From the IMG/VR virus record IMGVR_UViG_3300011890_000001, positions 1-64,000 of that record: 64,000 bases of DNA; one strand, written 5' to 3'. Under the pieces are notes generated by a model that saw only the letters and a list, made by a program, of their open reading frames with translations, had not been told where the DNA came from and searched no databases. A program made the translations under genes and the position numbers. Position 1 is the first letter of the stretch; each line of letters starts with the position of its first letter. This stretch comes from a virus. Its lineage: Duplodnaviria > Caudoviricetes. Below are positions 28,364-37,423 of the stretch, in pieces.

Positions 28364-30943
28364 ATGAAGACCAACAAACTGAACGTGGCTGCCGCTCTGC
28401 GCGCTGCCGCTGCTCGTCCGTCGCTGGAATCGGAAGGCACCGTCGTTACCGACAACGCCGCTCCGGAAACCGGTGAAGTCACCGCCGAGACCGACCTGGA
28501 AGCCGTCAAGGCCACCACCGTTGAAGTCGGTGAGCGTTCCGACCTGGAAGCTGCTGAAACTGAACTGAAGGGCGCTGATGCCCATCACGACGGTACCGAG
28601 ACCGCTGTCGAAGACTCCGTATTCGAACACATCGTATCGCAGGAAGGTCTGTCGACTGAAACCAAGGCTAAGATCCGTCGCTTCTTTGGCTCGCCGCTGG
28701 TGACCGGAAAGCTGTACGAAAAGGTCGAGAAGCTGGACGATGAGATCCGCCAGCTCGAAGAGAAGATTTCCGCCGTTAAGAACTACAAGCATGACGCAGA
28801 TAGCGTCTCACTGGAAGGCGCCAAGTGGGAGGGCGTTAAGGCTGATTTTAAGGCCAGTTTTGGCTTCATGCCTGACCCGAAGCGTCCGGGTAAGACCAAG
28901 TGGAGCTTCTTCGGTAGCCCGATGCGTTTGAATGCCGCAAAGGCAAAACAGATCGAAGAACTGGAGAACAAGAAGGCCGAACTGCTCGAAGAGCTGGAAA
29001 GCATGCTCGCCGATAACAAGGATAAGGAATCCGTTTCGCAGGAAAGCCTGATCCTGGTTGGCGCTCTCGCCGGCGGTGCGGCTCTCCTCGGCGGCATGGG
29101 CTGGATTGCAGGCAAGCAGAAGCGGAAGTGCCACGAACTGAATATCGAAATTCAGTCTCTCGAAAAGAAGATCGTGGAGGCCCAGAAGAAGCTCTCCGAT
29201 GCCACCGATCGTGCCATCGCCGAAGCAATCAAGAAGGGCGCTCTTTCGAAGGTCGAAAGTGACGGTACCGAGAGCATCGCTATCGTTGAAGACAACGAGC
29301 ACGTGCAGAAGCTGAAGAACGCCGACGCCAACTATCGTCGTGACTACACCGAAAAGGGCACTGCCATCGTCGGCGCGCTGCTCGGCGCCGGCGCCACCGC
29401 TCTGGCTGGGCCCATCGGCCTGGCCTCCGCGATTGCTGGCGGCGCCATCGGTATGGGTGCCAATGCCGTTCTGATCGCGCAGCTGCGCGACGAACTGAAG
29501 GAAAAGCGCAAGGAACTGAGCGCTGCCGAGAAGGACCTGCTGGAAGGTCTGGCCAACGCGTCCAAGGCCTCGGCCACCAAGGTGTCCAACGAGTCGGAAG
29601 GCTCGGACGAAGCTCAGGCCGCCGGTGAAGCTGCTGCTCAGGCTGCTGCCAACGTTGCCCTCGGTGCCCAGGCCGCTGCTGAAGCCGCTGCTGCCGCTGT
29701 GATCGCTGCTGATGCCGAAGTCATCGGTGAGCCGGTGGAAGAAGCTGCCGCGATCGTGGAAACCGAAGCCGCCTCCGAAGAAACCGAAGCCGAGATCGCT
29801 GCTGACGTCGAACACGTCGAAGAGTACGAGAAGGAAGCGGTTGCCCTGGAAGCCCTGATCGAAGCCGCCCGTGACGCACGCGATGCCGGTGGTTTCAGCC
29901 GCGGTGAAGCCCGTCTGTTCCAGATCGGTTTCGAATCGATCGGTACCCGTCTGACCGGTCAGCCGTTCCTGGCTGAAGACGGCGGTTCGGCCGTTCCGTC
30001 CCTGGAAAGCTTCGGTGGCACCATGTCGCGTCGCGACGCCACCACCATCTCCCTGGAGAACGCCGAATCCTGGCTGGCCAAGATCATTCGCGTGATCAAG
30101 GAAACCTGGAACAAGGTGTGGGGTGCCGTCAAGAAGTTCCTGTCGCAGGTCTTTGATCTGGTCGAGCGCTACAAGGCTCGCGCCGAGAAGGTCAAGAAGG
30201 CTGCCCTGGACGGTCGCACCCAGAAGGCCGACGGCACTGTCAAGTTCGGTTCGGCTGCCAAGATCGCCATCGGCGGCAAGGTGGATGTCTCCGGCGTCGA
30301 CAAGCTGATCCAGCTGGCCTCGGTCGGCGAGAAGCTGGCTGAACTGACCCCGGCCGCTCAGGTGTCGCTGAACGAGATCCTGTACGCCGTCGGACATGAT
30401 GTGTCGAAGGCCGGTGCAGAAGTCGGCAGTTACTACGACTCTCAGGCCACTGCCATCAAGAATGTCTTCACCTCCGGTGGTGCGTTCAGTGACATGGGTG
30501 ACGTTCGCGTCGCTGACGGTCTGCCGGGTAACATGAAGTTCTCGGTCAAGGTCGATGGCGATGACGTCGGTGCCGTTGTCGCCGACGCTGGCGAAGCCGG
30601 TGAGATCGGTGAAGCCCGCGCGCTGTCGGGTCAGGAAACCGCCCAGCTGATGGACAAGGTCATCAAGACCCTGGACGAAGTCGCCAAGGCCAAGTCCGCA
30701 CTGGCCAAGGTCAAGGACGACATCGTCACGTCGATCAATGCCGACGGCGGCAATGTTGCACAGAAGGCAGATGGTGCAGTCGTGCGCATGGTTGGCCGTC
30801 TGATCATGACCTCGACCCGTTCGGTCTCGAAGATCCTGAGCTACTGCGTCAAGACCTCGGGTGGCTACATCGACTACGGCGTGGCTTCGGTCAAGGCCGC
30901 AGGCGCTGGTCAGGCTGCCCGTCAGCAGGCCGCCGCCGCCTGA
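28364..30943 (+). CDS. internal head protein (phiKZ gp93-family-like) with a long multi-module N-terminal region
   Basis: Multiple SLE/SQE/SNE/GTE sites; PSLESFGG...ISLE followed by an amphipathic helix. Confidence 0.75.
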   Translation: MKTNKLNVAAALRAAAARPSLESEGTVVTDNAAPETGEVTAETDLEAVKATTVEVGERSDLEAAETELKGADAHHDGTETAVEDSVFEHIVSQEGLSTETKAKIRRFFGSPLVTGKLYEKVEKLDDEIRQLEEKISAVKNYKHDADSVSLEGAKWEGVKADFKASFGFMPDPKRPGKTKWSFFGSPMRLNAAKAKQIEELENKKAELLEELESMLADNKDKESVSQESLILVGALAGGAALLGGMGWIAGKQKRKCHELNIEIQSLEKKIVEAQKKLSDATDRAIAEAIKKGALSKVESDGTESIAIVEDNEHVQKLKNADANYRRDYTEKGTAIVGALLGAGATALAGPIGLASAIAGGAIGMGANAVLIAQLRDELKEKRKELSAAEKDLLEGLANASKASATKVSNESEGSDEAQAAGEAAAQAAANVALGAQAAAEAAAAAVIAADAEVIGEPVEEAAAIVETEAASEETEAEIAADVEHVEEYEKEAVALEALIEAARDARDAGGFSRGEARLFQIGFESIGTRLTGQPFLAEDGGSAVPSLESFGGTMSRRDATTISLENAESWLAKIIRVIKETWNKVWGAVKKFLSQVFDLVERYKARAEKVKKAALDGRTQKADGTVKFGSAAKIAIGGKVDVSGVDKLIQLASVGEKLAELTPAAQVSLNEILYAVGHDVSKAGAEVGSYYDSQATAIKNVFTSGGAFSDMGDVRVADGLPGNMKFSVKVDGDDVGAVVADAGEAGEIGEARALSGQETAQLMDKVIKTLDEVAKAKSALAKVKDDIVTSINADGGNVAQKADGAVVRMVGRLIMTSTRSVSKILSYCVKTSGGYIDYGVASVKAAGAGQAARQQAAAA

Positions 30944-30970
30944 GCCCAGTTGGTCGTAGTTTGAGTGGTA

Positions 30971-31011
30971 CATAAAGGACGGGGTCTTCGGACCCCGTCC
31001 TTTTTATGCCG
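30971..31011 (+). terminator. intrinsic terminator
   Basis: CATAAAGGACGGGGTC-TTCG-GACCCCGTCCTTTTTATGCCG. Confidence 0.9.
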
Positions 31012-31056
31012 TAATGCTATGGAAAAGATTCCATCCCTTTTAAACAGGAAAGTCCC

Positions 31057-32424
31057 ATGAAGAAGACCGCTTTTACGGCTGCGCTGGAGCAGCATGACGA
31101 CACCGCCCAGGACGAGGTTGTTGAAATCACTGCTGCTGACGTTGAGCAGGGCGAAATCGAATTGGCCAATATCGAAGTCAAGCACGAGAAGGTTGCCAAC
31201 GAACTGGAGTCGGCAGCAACTGAAGTCTGTGAAGACACCGAGGCCGCTGCCACTGAGATCGTTGCTCTGGAATCGCTGCTGGCTACTGTTGGCGAGATGT
31301 CGGAGGTGGGGATGTCCCCCATGGCTGCTCGCCTGTTGCAGGCCTCTCTGCAGCCGTCCCAGGAACGCTACAATGCACACAGCGAATACACCACGCTGTC
31401 CCTGGAATGCTTCAGTGGTCGCCAGGCCGGCACTTCGACCAGCGTGTCGATGGAAGGCATTAAGGAAACGATCGCCAAGATCATCGCCTGGATCAAGGAA
31501 AAGTTCGCACAGTTCGTCGCCTGGGTGAAGCGCAAGTTCGCTGAGTTCCAGAAGGACCTGGGCGTGCTGAGCGAACGCGTTCAGAAACTGAAAGTCGCCA
31601 CGCGCCGGCGCAGCGGTCGCGGTGTTTCGCCTGAGGGTACTGTAGACCTGGGTCGACACGCCGACCGCATTCGCTGGGACGACAAGGTCGACCCTGCCGA
31701 CGTGACCGCCAACATGCAGCGCTTGGCACAGCTGGTCAATGCGCCGGAAGGCGCCTACGAGGCAGTTCTGAAGAACGTTCGCAGCGCCGTTGCCGAAAAC
31801 ATACTCAATGGTGATGAGATCGACGTTTCGTCGCACCTACACATTCCGGAAGGCTGGCACAAGGCCCGTATACAGTCAGTCGGCTTTTTTGACAGCATTG
31901 CTATTTATGCCTCGCCGGAGTTCCCGGGTCAGCGTCTCATGACCATGTCAATTCCTGCTGGTTTTGGTGGGTTCGGCGCACCTAAGGTGGGCGAGTCGAC
32001 TCAGACCAAGAAGCGCCTGACTCTGGGCGTCTGGCGTGATCCGAAGGTCAAGGCACTGGAAACCACCAAGGTGCCGTATCTGTCCACTGAACAGATTCAG
32101 AAGTTCTGCATGGATGCCGACGGCGCGATCAACAAGATCAAGGGCGTGATGAGTGCTTACGAGAACTACAGTAAGCGCATCGCTGACACTCTCACCGAAG
32201 GTTTGAAGCGTCAGGACGGTCAGAAGGACGAAATCAAGGAAGCGTCCGTGATGGATGCTGTCAACAAGATCAACGCTGTTGGCAATCTCTTCCTGACCGA
32301 TCTGGTCCAGTCCTGCTCCGGCCAGGCCTACAACGTCATTGCGTCGTACTGCGTCTGGGCTGAGAAGTCCGCTGCTGCCATCGTTGCAAAGGAAAAGGCC
32401 GCCGCGGCTGAAGCTGCCGCGTAA
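31057..32424 (+). CDS. internal head protein (gp93/94/95-family paralog)
   Basis: Acidic propeptide with ALE/SLE/SME, then IAKIIAWIKEKFAQFVAWVK; TATG at 31018. Confidence 0.75.
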   Translation: MKKTAFTAALEQHDDTAQDEVVEITAADVEQGEIELANIEVKHEKVANELESAATEVCEDTEAAATEIVALESLLATVGEMSEVGMSPMAARLLQASLQPSQERYNAHSEYTTLSLECFSGRQAGTSTSVSMEGIKETIAKIIAWIKEKFAQFVAWVKRKFAEFQKDLGVLSERVQKLKVATRRRSGRGVSPEGTVDLGRHADRIRWDDKVDPADVTANMQRLAQLVNAPEGAYEAVLKNVRSAVAENILNGDEIDVSSHLHIPEGWHKARIQSVGFFDSIAIYASPEFPGQRLMTMSIPAGFGGFGAPKVGESTQTKKRLTLGVWRDPKVKALETTKVPYLSTEQIQKFCMDADGAINKIKGVMSAYENYSKRIADTLTEGLKRQDGQKDEIKEASVMDAVNKINAVGNLFLTDLVQSCSGQAYNVIASYCVWAEKSAAAIVAKEKAAAAEAAA

Positions 32425-32553
32425 TTGAAAACGCATAGGGGAGCAGAGCAATCTGCTCCTTTATGCTGCAATTCTATGTAAGGCGTACTTTTCCGGTACC
32501 TCTGACATTAACTTCGAAGAATGTTAGGGTCCCCATTAACTGAGGTTAGAGCA

Positions 32554-34002
32554 ATGAACAAACTGCGTCACTCGATGGAGAGCATCAACGCTGCTGCCAT
32601 CGACACCAACGTCGAGTCGGGTGCACACATCCGAAAGCTCGCCGTGGCCATGGAAAACCATCTGCGCGAAGTAGGTGATCTCACCGAGTCCTACAGCCTG
32701 CTCAATGGAGTGGTGCTCTCGGTCGAATCCATCGAGACTCCCACCAATGTCCATTTCCAAAATGCACACCAGATGGTCGCCACGATTGTGGATCGTCATT
32801 CACTGTCGATGGAATCCCTGGGTCTGGATGGTCTGGGTCTGGAGCAAGAGAAGTCTGGCGCCTGGGCCAAATTCGTGGCCTTCATCAAGAATCTGCTGAA
32901 GATCATCGGCGAGATGCTGAAAAAGGCTAAGGACTTCCTGGCCAAGTTCTTCACCGCCCTGTCGCTGGAAGAAAAGATCGCAATCGCCAAGCTGGGTGAG
33001 GCGACGAAGAAGCTCAAGACCGTGCGTCACGGCATGTCGATGGAAGCTCACGTCGAAGGTCGCCCTGGTCACCACTTCGCAGTTCCGTTCGACGCATCCG
33101 CCAGTACTGGCAGCGCGTTCAAGGGTCTGGGCGTGTCCGGTGGTGGTACTCCGACCATCTCGTTTGCCGACCTGCTGTCGCACCTGAAGACCTTCGATTC
33201 CAAGATGGAAGGTCTGCACAATGACATCGGTGCAAACGCACAGCAGCTGATCAGCGAGCTTCGCGAGATGATTGATCGTCTGTGCGCTGAAGGTGTGGAT
33301 CCGGCGAAGGCCGCCACCGCTGTGTCGGAAGTACAGTCGCAGCTGGAAAACTTCTACGAGACCTTCCGTGACGGCGTTCTGACTTCGCAGTTCGAAAGTC
33401 TGGTGAAGGAAGACGGTACCCTGCCGCTGGCCTTTGACCGCTCGCTGCTGGTTACCCCGAAGCATAAGCGCAGTGCCGACGATGGTGCGTTCACGCCGAA
33501 CGTTGCACTGTCCAGCTACCGCGTCATCCAGATTCCTCGCGAGAAACTGGGCTTCCCGGCAAGCTTCCGTTGGGAGGCCTTTAATCCGGCGGAAGTCGAT
33601 CAGCTGATCGCCCTGACCAAAACGATGCTGGACGACGCTCTGTCCTCCAACGTGAAGACCCAGTGGAAGAAGAACATCGACGGCCTGGCCGTCCTGATGT
33701 CTCAGACCAACGCCAGTTATGTCCGCATGCTGGACCAGGAGTCTATCCCGGCTGAAGTCCGCTCGCTGGCGGGTCGCCTGCTCAACTGTGCCAAGGACCT
33801 GCACCGGTTGGCCGTGATGCCGCATTCTGACCTGGTGTCGGTGAACATGCGCGTGGTGAATTCGCTGATCGAACTGATCAACGACTCTCTGAGCAACCTG
33901 GAGATGTCGGACGGCGCAGAGAAGCGTGCTCGTGACCGTGAGGCGCTGCAGCGCGCTCGCGAGCAGGAAGCCAATTTCGGCAAGCCGCGTAAGCGCGGTT
34001 AA
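32554..34002 (+). CDS. internal head protein paralog
   Basis: SME/AME/SVE/GLE sites, then an amphipathic helix; GAGG RBS; TATG upstream. Confidence 0.72.
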   Translation: MNKLRHSMESINAAAIDTNVESGAHIRKLAVAMENHLREVGDLTESYSLLNGVVLSVESIETPTNVHFQNAHQMVATIVDRHSLSMESLGLDGLGLEQEKSGAWAKFVAFIKNLLKIIGEMLKKAKDFLAKFFTALSLEEKIAIAKLGEATKKLKTVRHGMSMEAHVEGRPGHHFAVPFDASASTGSAFKGLGVSGGGTPTISFADLLSHLKTFDSKMEGLHNDIGANAQQLISELREMIDRLCAEGVDPAKAATAVSEVQSQLENFYETFRDGVLTSQFESLVKEDGTLPLAFDRSLLVTPKHKRSADDGAFTPNVALSSYRVIQIPREKLGFPASFRWEAFNPAEVDQLIALTKTMLDDALSSNVKTQWKKNIDGLAVLMSQTNASYVRMLDQESIPAEVRSLAGRLLNCAKDLHRLAVMPHSDLVSVNMRVVNSLIELINDSLSNLEMSDGAEKRARDREALQRAREQEANFGKPRKRG

Positions 34003-34065
34003 AAAACATATCTAAGGCGGATGGTATGACTATTCGCCTTAGAGTCTTTTGCAAAGGAAATCTTT

Positions 34066-36240
34066 ATGAGTGCTCCCAGTTACTCTCTTGCCCAGCGCCT
34101 GATCGCCATTGGCGCTCAGCAACGCTTGGCTGCCTCGTTGGAGAACGCCGACGATCTCGACCAAGAATCCTTGGACGAAGTCGCACGCAAGGCTGCCGAG
34201 TCCATGCCGGGCGAATCCACCGAAACCACCCCGCCCGCTGAAGAAGGCGGCGAAACCGCTGCGCCGGAAGTTGGCGATACTGGCGAGGCAGCTCCCGATG
34301 AAACCGCCGCTCCCGCCGAGGGCGAAGCTGCACCGGAAGCCGAACTGTCGCTCGACGACACCCCGCCGGCCGAAGAAGGTACGGAAGCCGACCCGACTGC
34401 CGAGCAGATCGAAACCCCGACTGAGCAGGTCGTGGAAGATCTGAGCGAGACCGGCGAAGCTGAAGATACCGCGGTGGCTGACGCTGCCGTTGCGGAAGCC
34501 GGTGAAGCCACTGCCGATCCGATTCCGGAAACCGCACCGGCTGAATCAACCGAAGTGGAAGCCGCCGCAGCCGCGGCTGAACCGCCCGCTCCCGCTGCCG
34601 ACGATTCCGCGGCCGTGGCGGAGCCCCAGCCGGCCGAGTCGGCCGACGCTGGTGCCGCTGCTCTGACCGCAGACGCAGAACAGGCTGAACCGGCTCAGCA
34701 GGCTGCTGAGGCACCCAGCGCAAGTCAGGACAGCGAAGCTGCTCTGAACGTGGCTGACGTGCTGGAAGCTGTTGCTTCGGCGCGCAATGCGCAGGAAGTG
34801 GTCGAACAAGCCCGTGAGACTTCCGACTCTCTGACCGACATCGGCGAGACCGTGTCGGCCATCAATGAGAAAGGCGGCGCCTCGATGGAAACCTACGCGA
34901 TGCTGATTCACGCTGTGGGTCATCACGAACGTGTCCTGGGTCGCAGTCTGCTCAACAGCGTCTCGCTGGAAAGCTTCGCCGCCCGTCCGCGCACTGTCAG
35001 TCTGGAGTCGATCGCTGACGCCGTCCGCGAACTGGAAGGTAACCTCCCGGTGATGGAACGTCAGGCAGTCGAAAGCCTGGATCGCATTCGTGACAGCGTG
35101 CTGACTGCCCTGCCGCAGATCCGCGCGCGTCTGCACGACGTGATCTCCCAAGCCGGTCTGGTGAACGGAGCTGGTGGTCATGACCTGCAGCTGGAAGGTG
35201 GTTTGGCCGCTGCCATGTCGGTTGATGGCGCACTGCCTGAAAACCTGAATGAGGTTCTGATCTCCTATACCGACCTGGGTTCCCGTATTCTGGGTCGCTA
35301 CAGTGAGACGGCATTCCGTTCTGCACGCGAAGCTTCCATGCTGAACAATGCGGTGGACTTCTCCTCGCTGTCGGCATTCTGGGAGCGCATGGGTCCGAAG
35401 GTGCTGGCTATCCGCGATCCGCGTCACGAGCTGACGACCGATCATCTGGTCAAGAGTCTGCCGGGCGGTAGCCGTCTGTTCGACAACACTCCTGCGGTTT
35501 CTGCCGCAGAGGGTTCCGAGGCTCTGTCCGCAGTGGTGCGCTTCACCACCGAGAACATGCCGATGGAAGCTTCTGTTCTGTCGACCTCGATCTCCGGCGG
35601 CGTTACCAAGGCGCTCTCCTGCTCCATGATCGTACATATCGCGCAGCGCCTTCTGGAGGTGCTGGACGAGTGCAAGATCAAGGCGGTCTTTGCTGAGGGC
35701 ACCAAGCTGTGGCCTGAAGCTCAGGACTCGGTGCGATTCCTGCGGGAAACCTTCCGTGACGGTCCGGATGATGTGGTCAACGACCCGTCGGGTCACCTGC
35801 ACCAGATCATCAAGTTCGTCGAAACGGCGTACTCGCTGACCACCTGGCCGATCGTCAACTACCTGGCCAACGCAATCATCACTGCCAATGCGTTCGTCAC
35901 TCTGGCTGCAGAGTCGATGAAGCCGGAAGAGGCCCCGGTCGCTGACCCTGGCGTGATTCAGCAGGACGCTGTGGTCGACGAAGCACCGCCTGTGGAAGAA
36001 CCGGTACTGGAGACTCCGGTGGAAGAAACCCCGGCCGAAACCGCGGACCTGGACCCGGCTGCTGGCGAGTCCGAGGCTGACCTCGATACCCCTCCGGAAG
36101 CTGAGGAAGAGGAAATCCCCGAACCCTCGGAAACCTCGACCGACGACCTGGAAGGCGATGACGCTGACCCGGAACTGGATGACTTCGAAGGTGAAGCAAC
36201 CGACCTGGACGACGAAGACGAAGAGCAGATCAAGCTCTAA
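34066..36240 (+). CDS. inner-body-type head protein with acidic disordered N- and C-termini (phiKZ gp97-like)
   Basis: Long E/A/P/T low-complexity regions, VSLESF..VSLES and LPGG motif; TATG at 34026. Confidence 0.7.
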   Translation: MSAPSYSLAQRLIAIGAQQRLAASLENADDLDQESLDEVARKAAESMPGESTETTPPAEEGGETAAPEVGDTGEAAPDETAAPAEGEAAPEAELSLDDTPPAEEGTEADPTAEQIETPTEQVVEDLSETGEAEDTAVADAAVAEAGEATADPIPETAPAESTEVEAAAAAAEPPAPAADDSAAVAEPQPAESADAGAAALTADAEQAEPAQQAAEAPSASQDSEAALNVADVLEAVASARNAQEVVEQARETSDSLTDIGETVSAINEKGGASMETYAMLIHAVGHHERVLGRSLLNSVSLESFAARPRTVSLESIADAVRELEGNLPVMERQAVESLDRIRDSVLTALPQIRARLHDVISQAGLVNGAGGHDLQLEGGLAAAMSVDGALPENLNEVLISYTDLGSRILGRYSETAFRSAREASMLNNAVDFSSLSAFWERMGPKVLAIRDPRHELTTDHLVKSLPGGSRLFDNTPAVSAAEGSEALSAVVRFTTENMPMEASVLSTSISGGVTKALSCSMIVHIAQRLLEVLDECKIKAVFAEGTKLWPEAQDSVRFLRETFRDGPDDVVNDPSGHLHQIIKFVETAYSLTTWPIVNYLANAIITANAFVTLAAESMKPEEAPVADPGVIQQDAVVDEAPPVEEPVLETPVEETPAETADLDPAAGESEADLDTPPEAEEEEIPEPSETSTDDLEGDDADPELDDFEGEATDLDDEDEEQIKL

Positions 36241-36263
36241 GTAACCGTCTGGTTCAGAAAAGT

Positions 36264-36302
36264 GCATGCGGAGGGGGCCACAGGCCCCCTCCGCTTATGC
36301 CG
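36264..36302 (+). terminator. intrinsic terminator
   Basis: GCGGAGGGGGCC-ACA-GGCCCCCTCCGC-TTATGCCG. Confidence 0.85.
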
Positions 36303-36329
36303 CTTTTCACATCGTATTTTCTTTTGATG

Positions 36330-36520
36330 GGAATAACCTAGGTTGTAGAACCACCCAGTGCCGCTACATTGCTCAAAGTGCGGGTTGGTTCTACTCTGCC
36401 GGATCTACTCGAATACTTTGGGGAAAGGAGCCATTCGTCTAGATCCATACCTACCAACTTTGTTGACTTGGCCGCTTTAATGGGGAAACCAATTTGAATT
36501 AGGCAAGATCAAACGAAGGA
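36330..36520 (+). promoter_or_regulatory. structured 5' leader / candidate cis-regulatory RNA
   Basis: Nested stems TAGGT/ACCTA, GTAGAACCA/TGGTTCTAC, GGATCTA/TAGATCC, CGAAT/ATTCG, plus a third hairpin reaching the RBS. Confidence 0.5.
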
Positions 36521-36527
36521 ATTATTT

Positions 36528-36947
36528 ATGCGTCAATTTTTCTCCCACAACAAGAATACCCCCCTGCCTTTGCGTATCACGGTCGAAGAGCCGATGGCTC
36601 GAACGATCGCGCCGCACCACTACACCATCGACGGTTTCGATACCTCCAACAATCGAGCCGCTAGGGCAAGTGGATTTATCCCCAGGCACCGGGAGACGGT
36701 ACTCATTTTTGAAGATGAAGACAATCCGTTTAAGACACCTACCGGTGTTACGGTTGATGCCGTCCTGGCGGTCTTGATCGATCATTTGGATGCCAAGCAA
36801 GGAATGAGTGTAAGACGCTTTAGCCCAGGCTGGCGCGCCTTGGAGCTGTTGCGCGAAGCTCGTGACCTCCTCGATGAAGCCGGCGGAGCGCCGGCCGGGT
36901 TTGACTTTGAGAACCTGAGTCGCGGTAGAAGGAATTCCGCTTTTTAA
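36528..36947 (+). CDS. divergent Tad1-like (Thoeris anti-defence 1 fold) protein
   Basis: APHHYTI...VLIF...TGVTVDAVLAVLIDHL...ALELLREA matches the recalled Tad1 pattern (GA.H.Y.I...I.FQ.G...GV....LL.IV.DRL...AL..VEEA); AAGGA RBS. Confidence 0.55.
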   Translation: MRQFFSHNKNTPLPLRITVEEPMARTIAPHHYTIDGFDTSNNRAARASGFIPRHRETVLIFEDEDNPFKTPTGVTVDAVLAVLIDHLDAKQGMSVRRFSPGWRALELLREARDLLDEAGGAPAGFDFENLSRGRRNSAF

Positions 36948-36949
36948 TC

Positions 36950-36995
36950 CATAACTGGCCTCCCAGACCACTGAGGTCTGGGAGGTTTATGCCGC
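36950..36995 (+). terminator. intrinsic terminator
   Basis: CCTCCCAGACC-ACTGA-GGTCTGGGAGG-TTTATGCCG. Confidence 0.85.
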
Positions 36996-37014
36996 TATTT
37001 GGAAAACGTGTGGA

Positions 37015-37101
37015 TTTAAAAAAATCTCGCAACCATATAGTCGTTGTGAGCAAGAGCAGTAATGTTCTTTGAGCTCATTAAACTCTTTTGTCAAACAAGG
37101 A
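37015..37101 (+). promoter_or_regulatory. early-type promoter, leader hairpin and TGTCAAACAAGGA box
   Basis: AAAATCTCGCAACCATATAGTCGTTGTGAGCAAGAGCAGTAATG is nearly identical to 59112-59155. Confidence 0.75.
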
Positions 37102-37110
37102 AATAGTACC

Positions 37111-37347
37111 ATGGCTAAGATCAAGAACTTTGCAGGCGCCACTGTTGCTCACGTGAGCCGCAACAAGTGGCGTTATGTCGCCGGTGTCGCCACTGCCGCT
37201 GTGGCGGCCGGTGCTTACGTGATGTTGCGCAATACCCCGGTCGGCACGGTCGCCGAGGCCGCTGCTGACGCGATGCTGGAAGGTGCGGCCGACGCGGGGG
37301 CCGTTGTCGTCACCGCTGCTGAAGCTGCCGCTGAAGCGGTAGCCTAA
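37111..37347 (+). CDS. small Ala-rich single-pass membrane protein (early)
   Basis: MAKIKNF...KWRYVAGVATAAVAAGAYVML; RBS within the conserved box. Confidence 0.75.
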   Translation: MAKIKNFAGATVAHVSRNKWRYVAGVATAAVAAGAYVMLRNTPVGTVAEAAADAMLEGAADAGAVVVTAAEAAAEAVA

Positions 37348-37423
37348 CATGGCCGTGCGTAGGGGCCGCCCCGGCCCCTACGCCGGGGTAAGACGACCGC
37401 CTGAAACAGAAAAGGACGAAACA

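Noticed and set aside
34130-34760. Repetitive GCC/GAA-rich DNA that could be a tandem repeat or array
   Set aside because: Explained by a low-complexity Glu/Ala/Pro protein region; no fixed repeat-spacer period, so not CRISPR
36330-36520. Cobalamin, SAM or c-di-GMP riboswitch identity
   Set aside because: Their consensus boxes are not present in the right order
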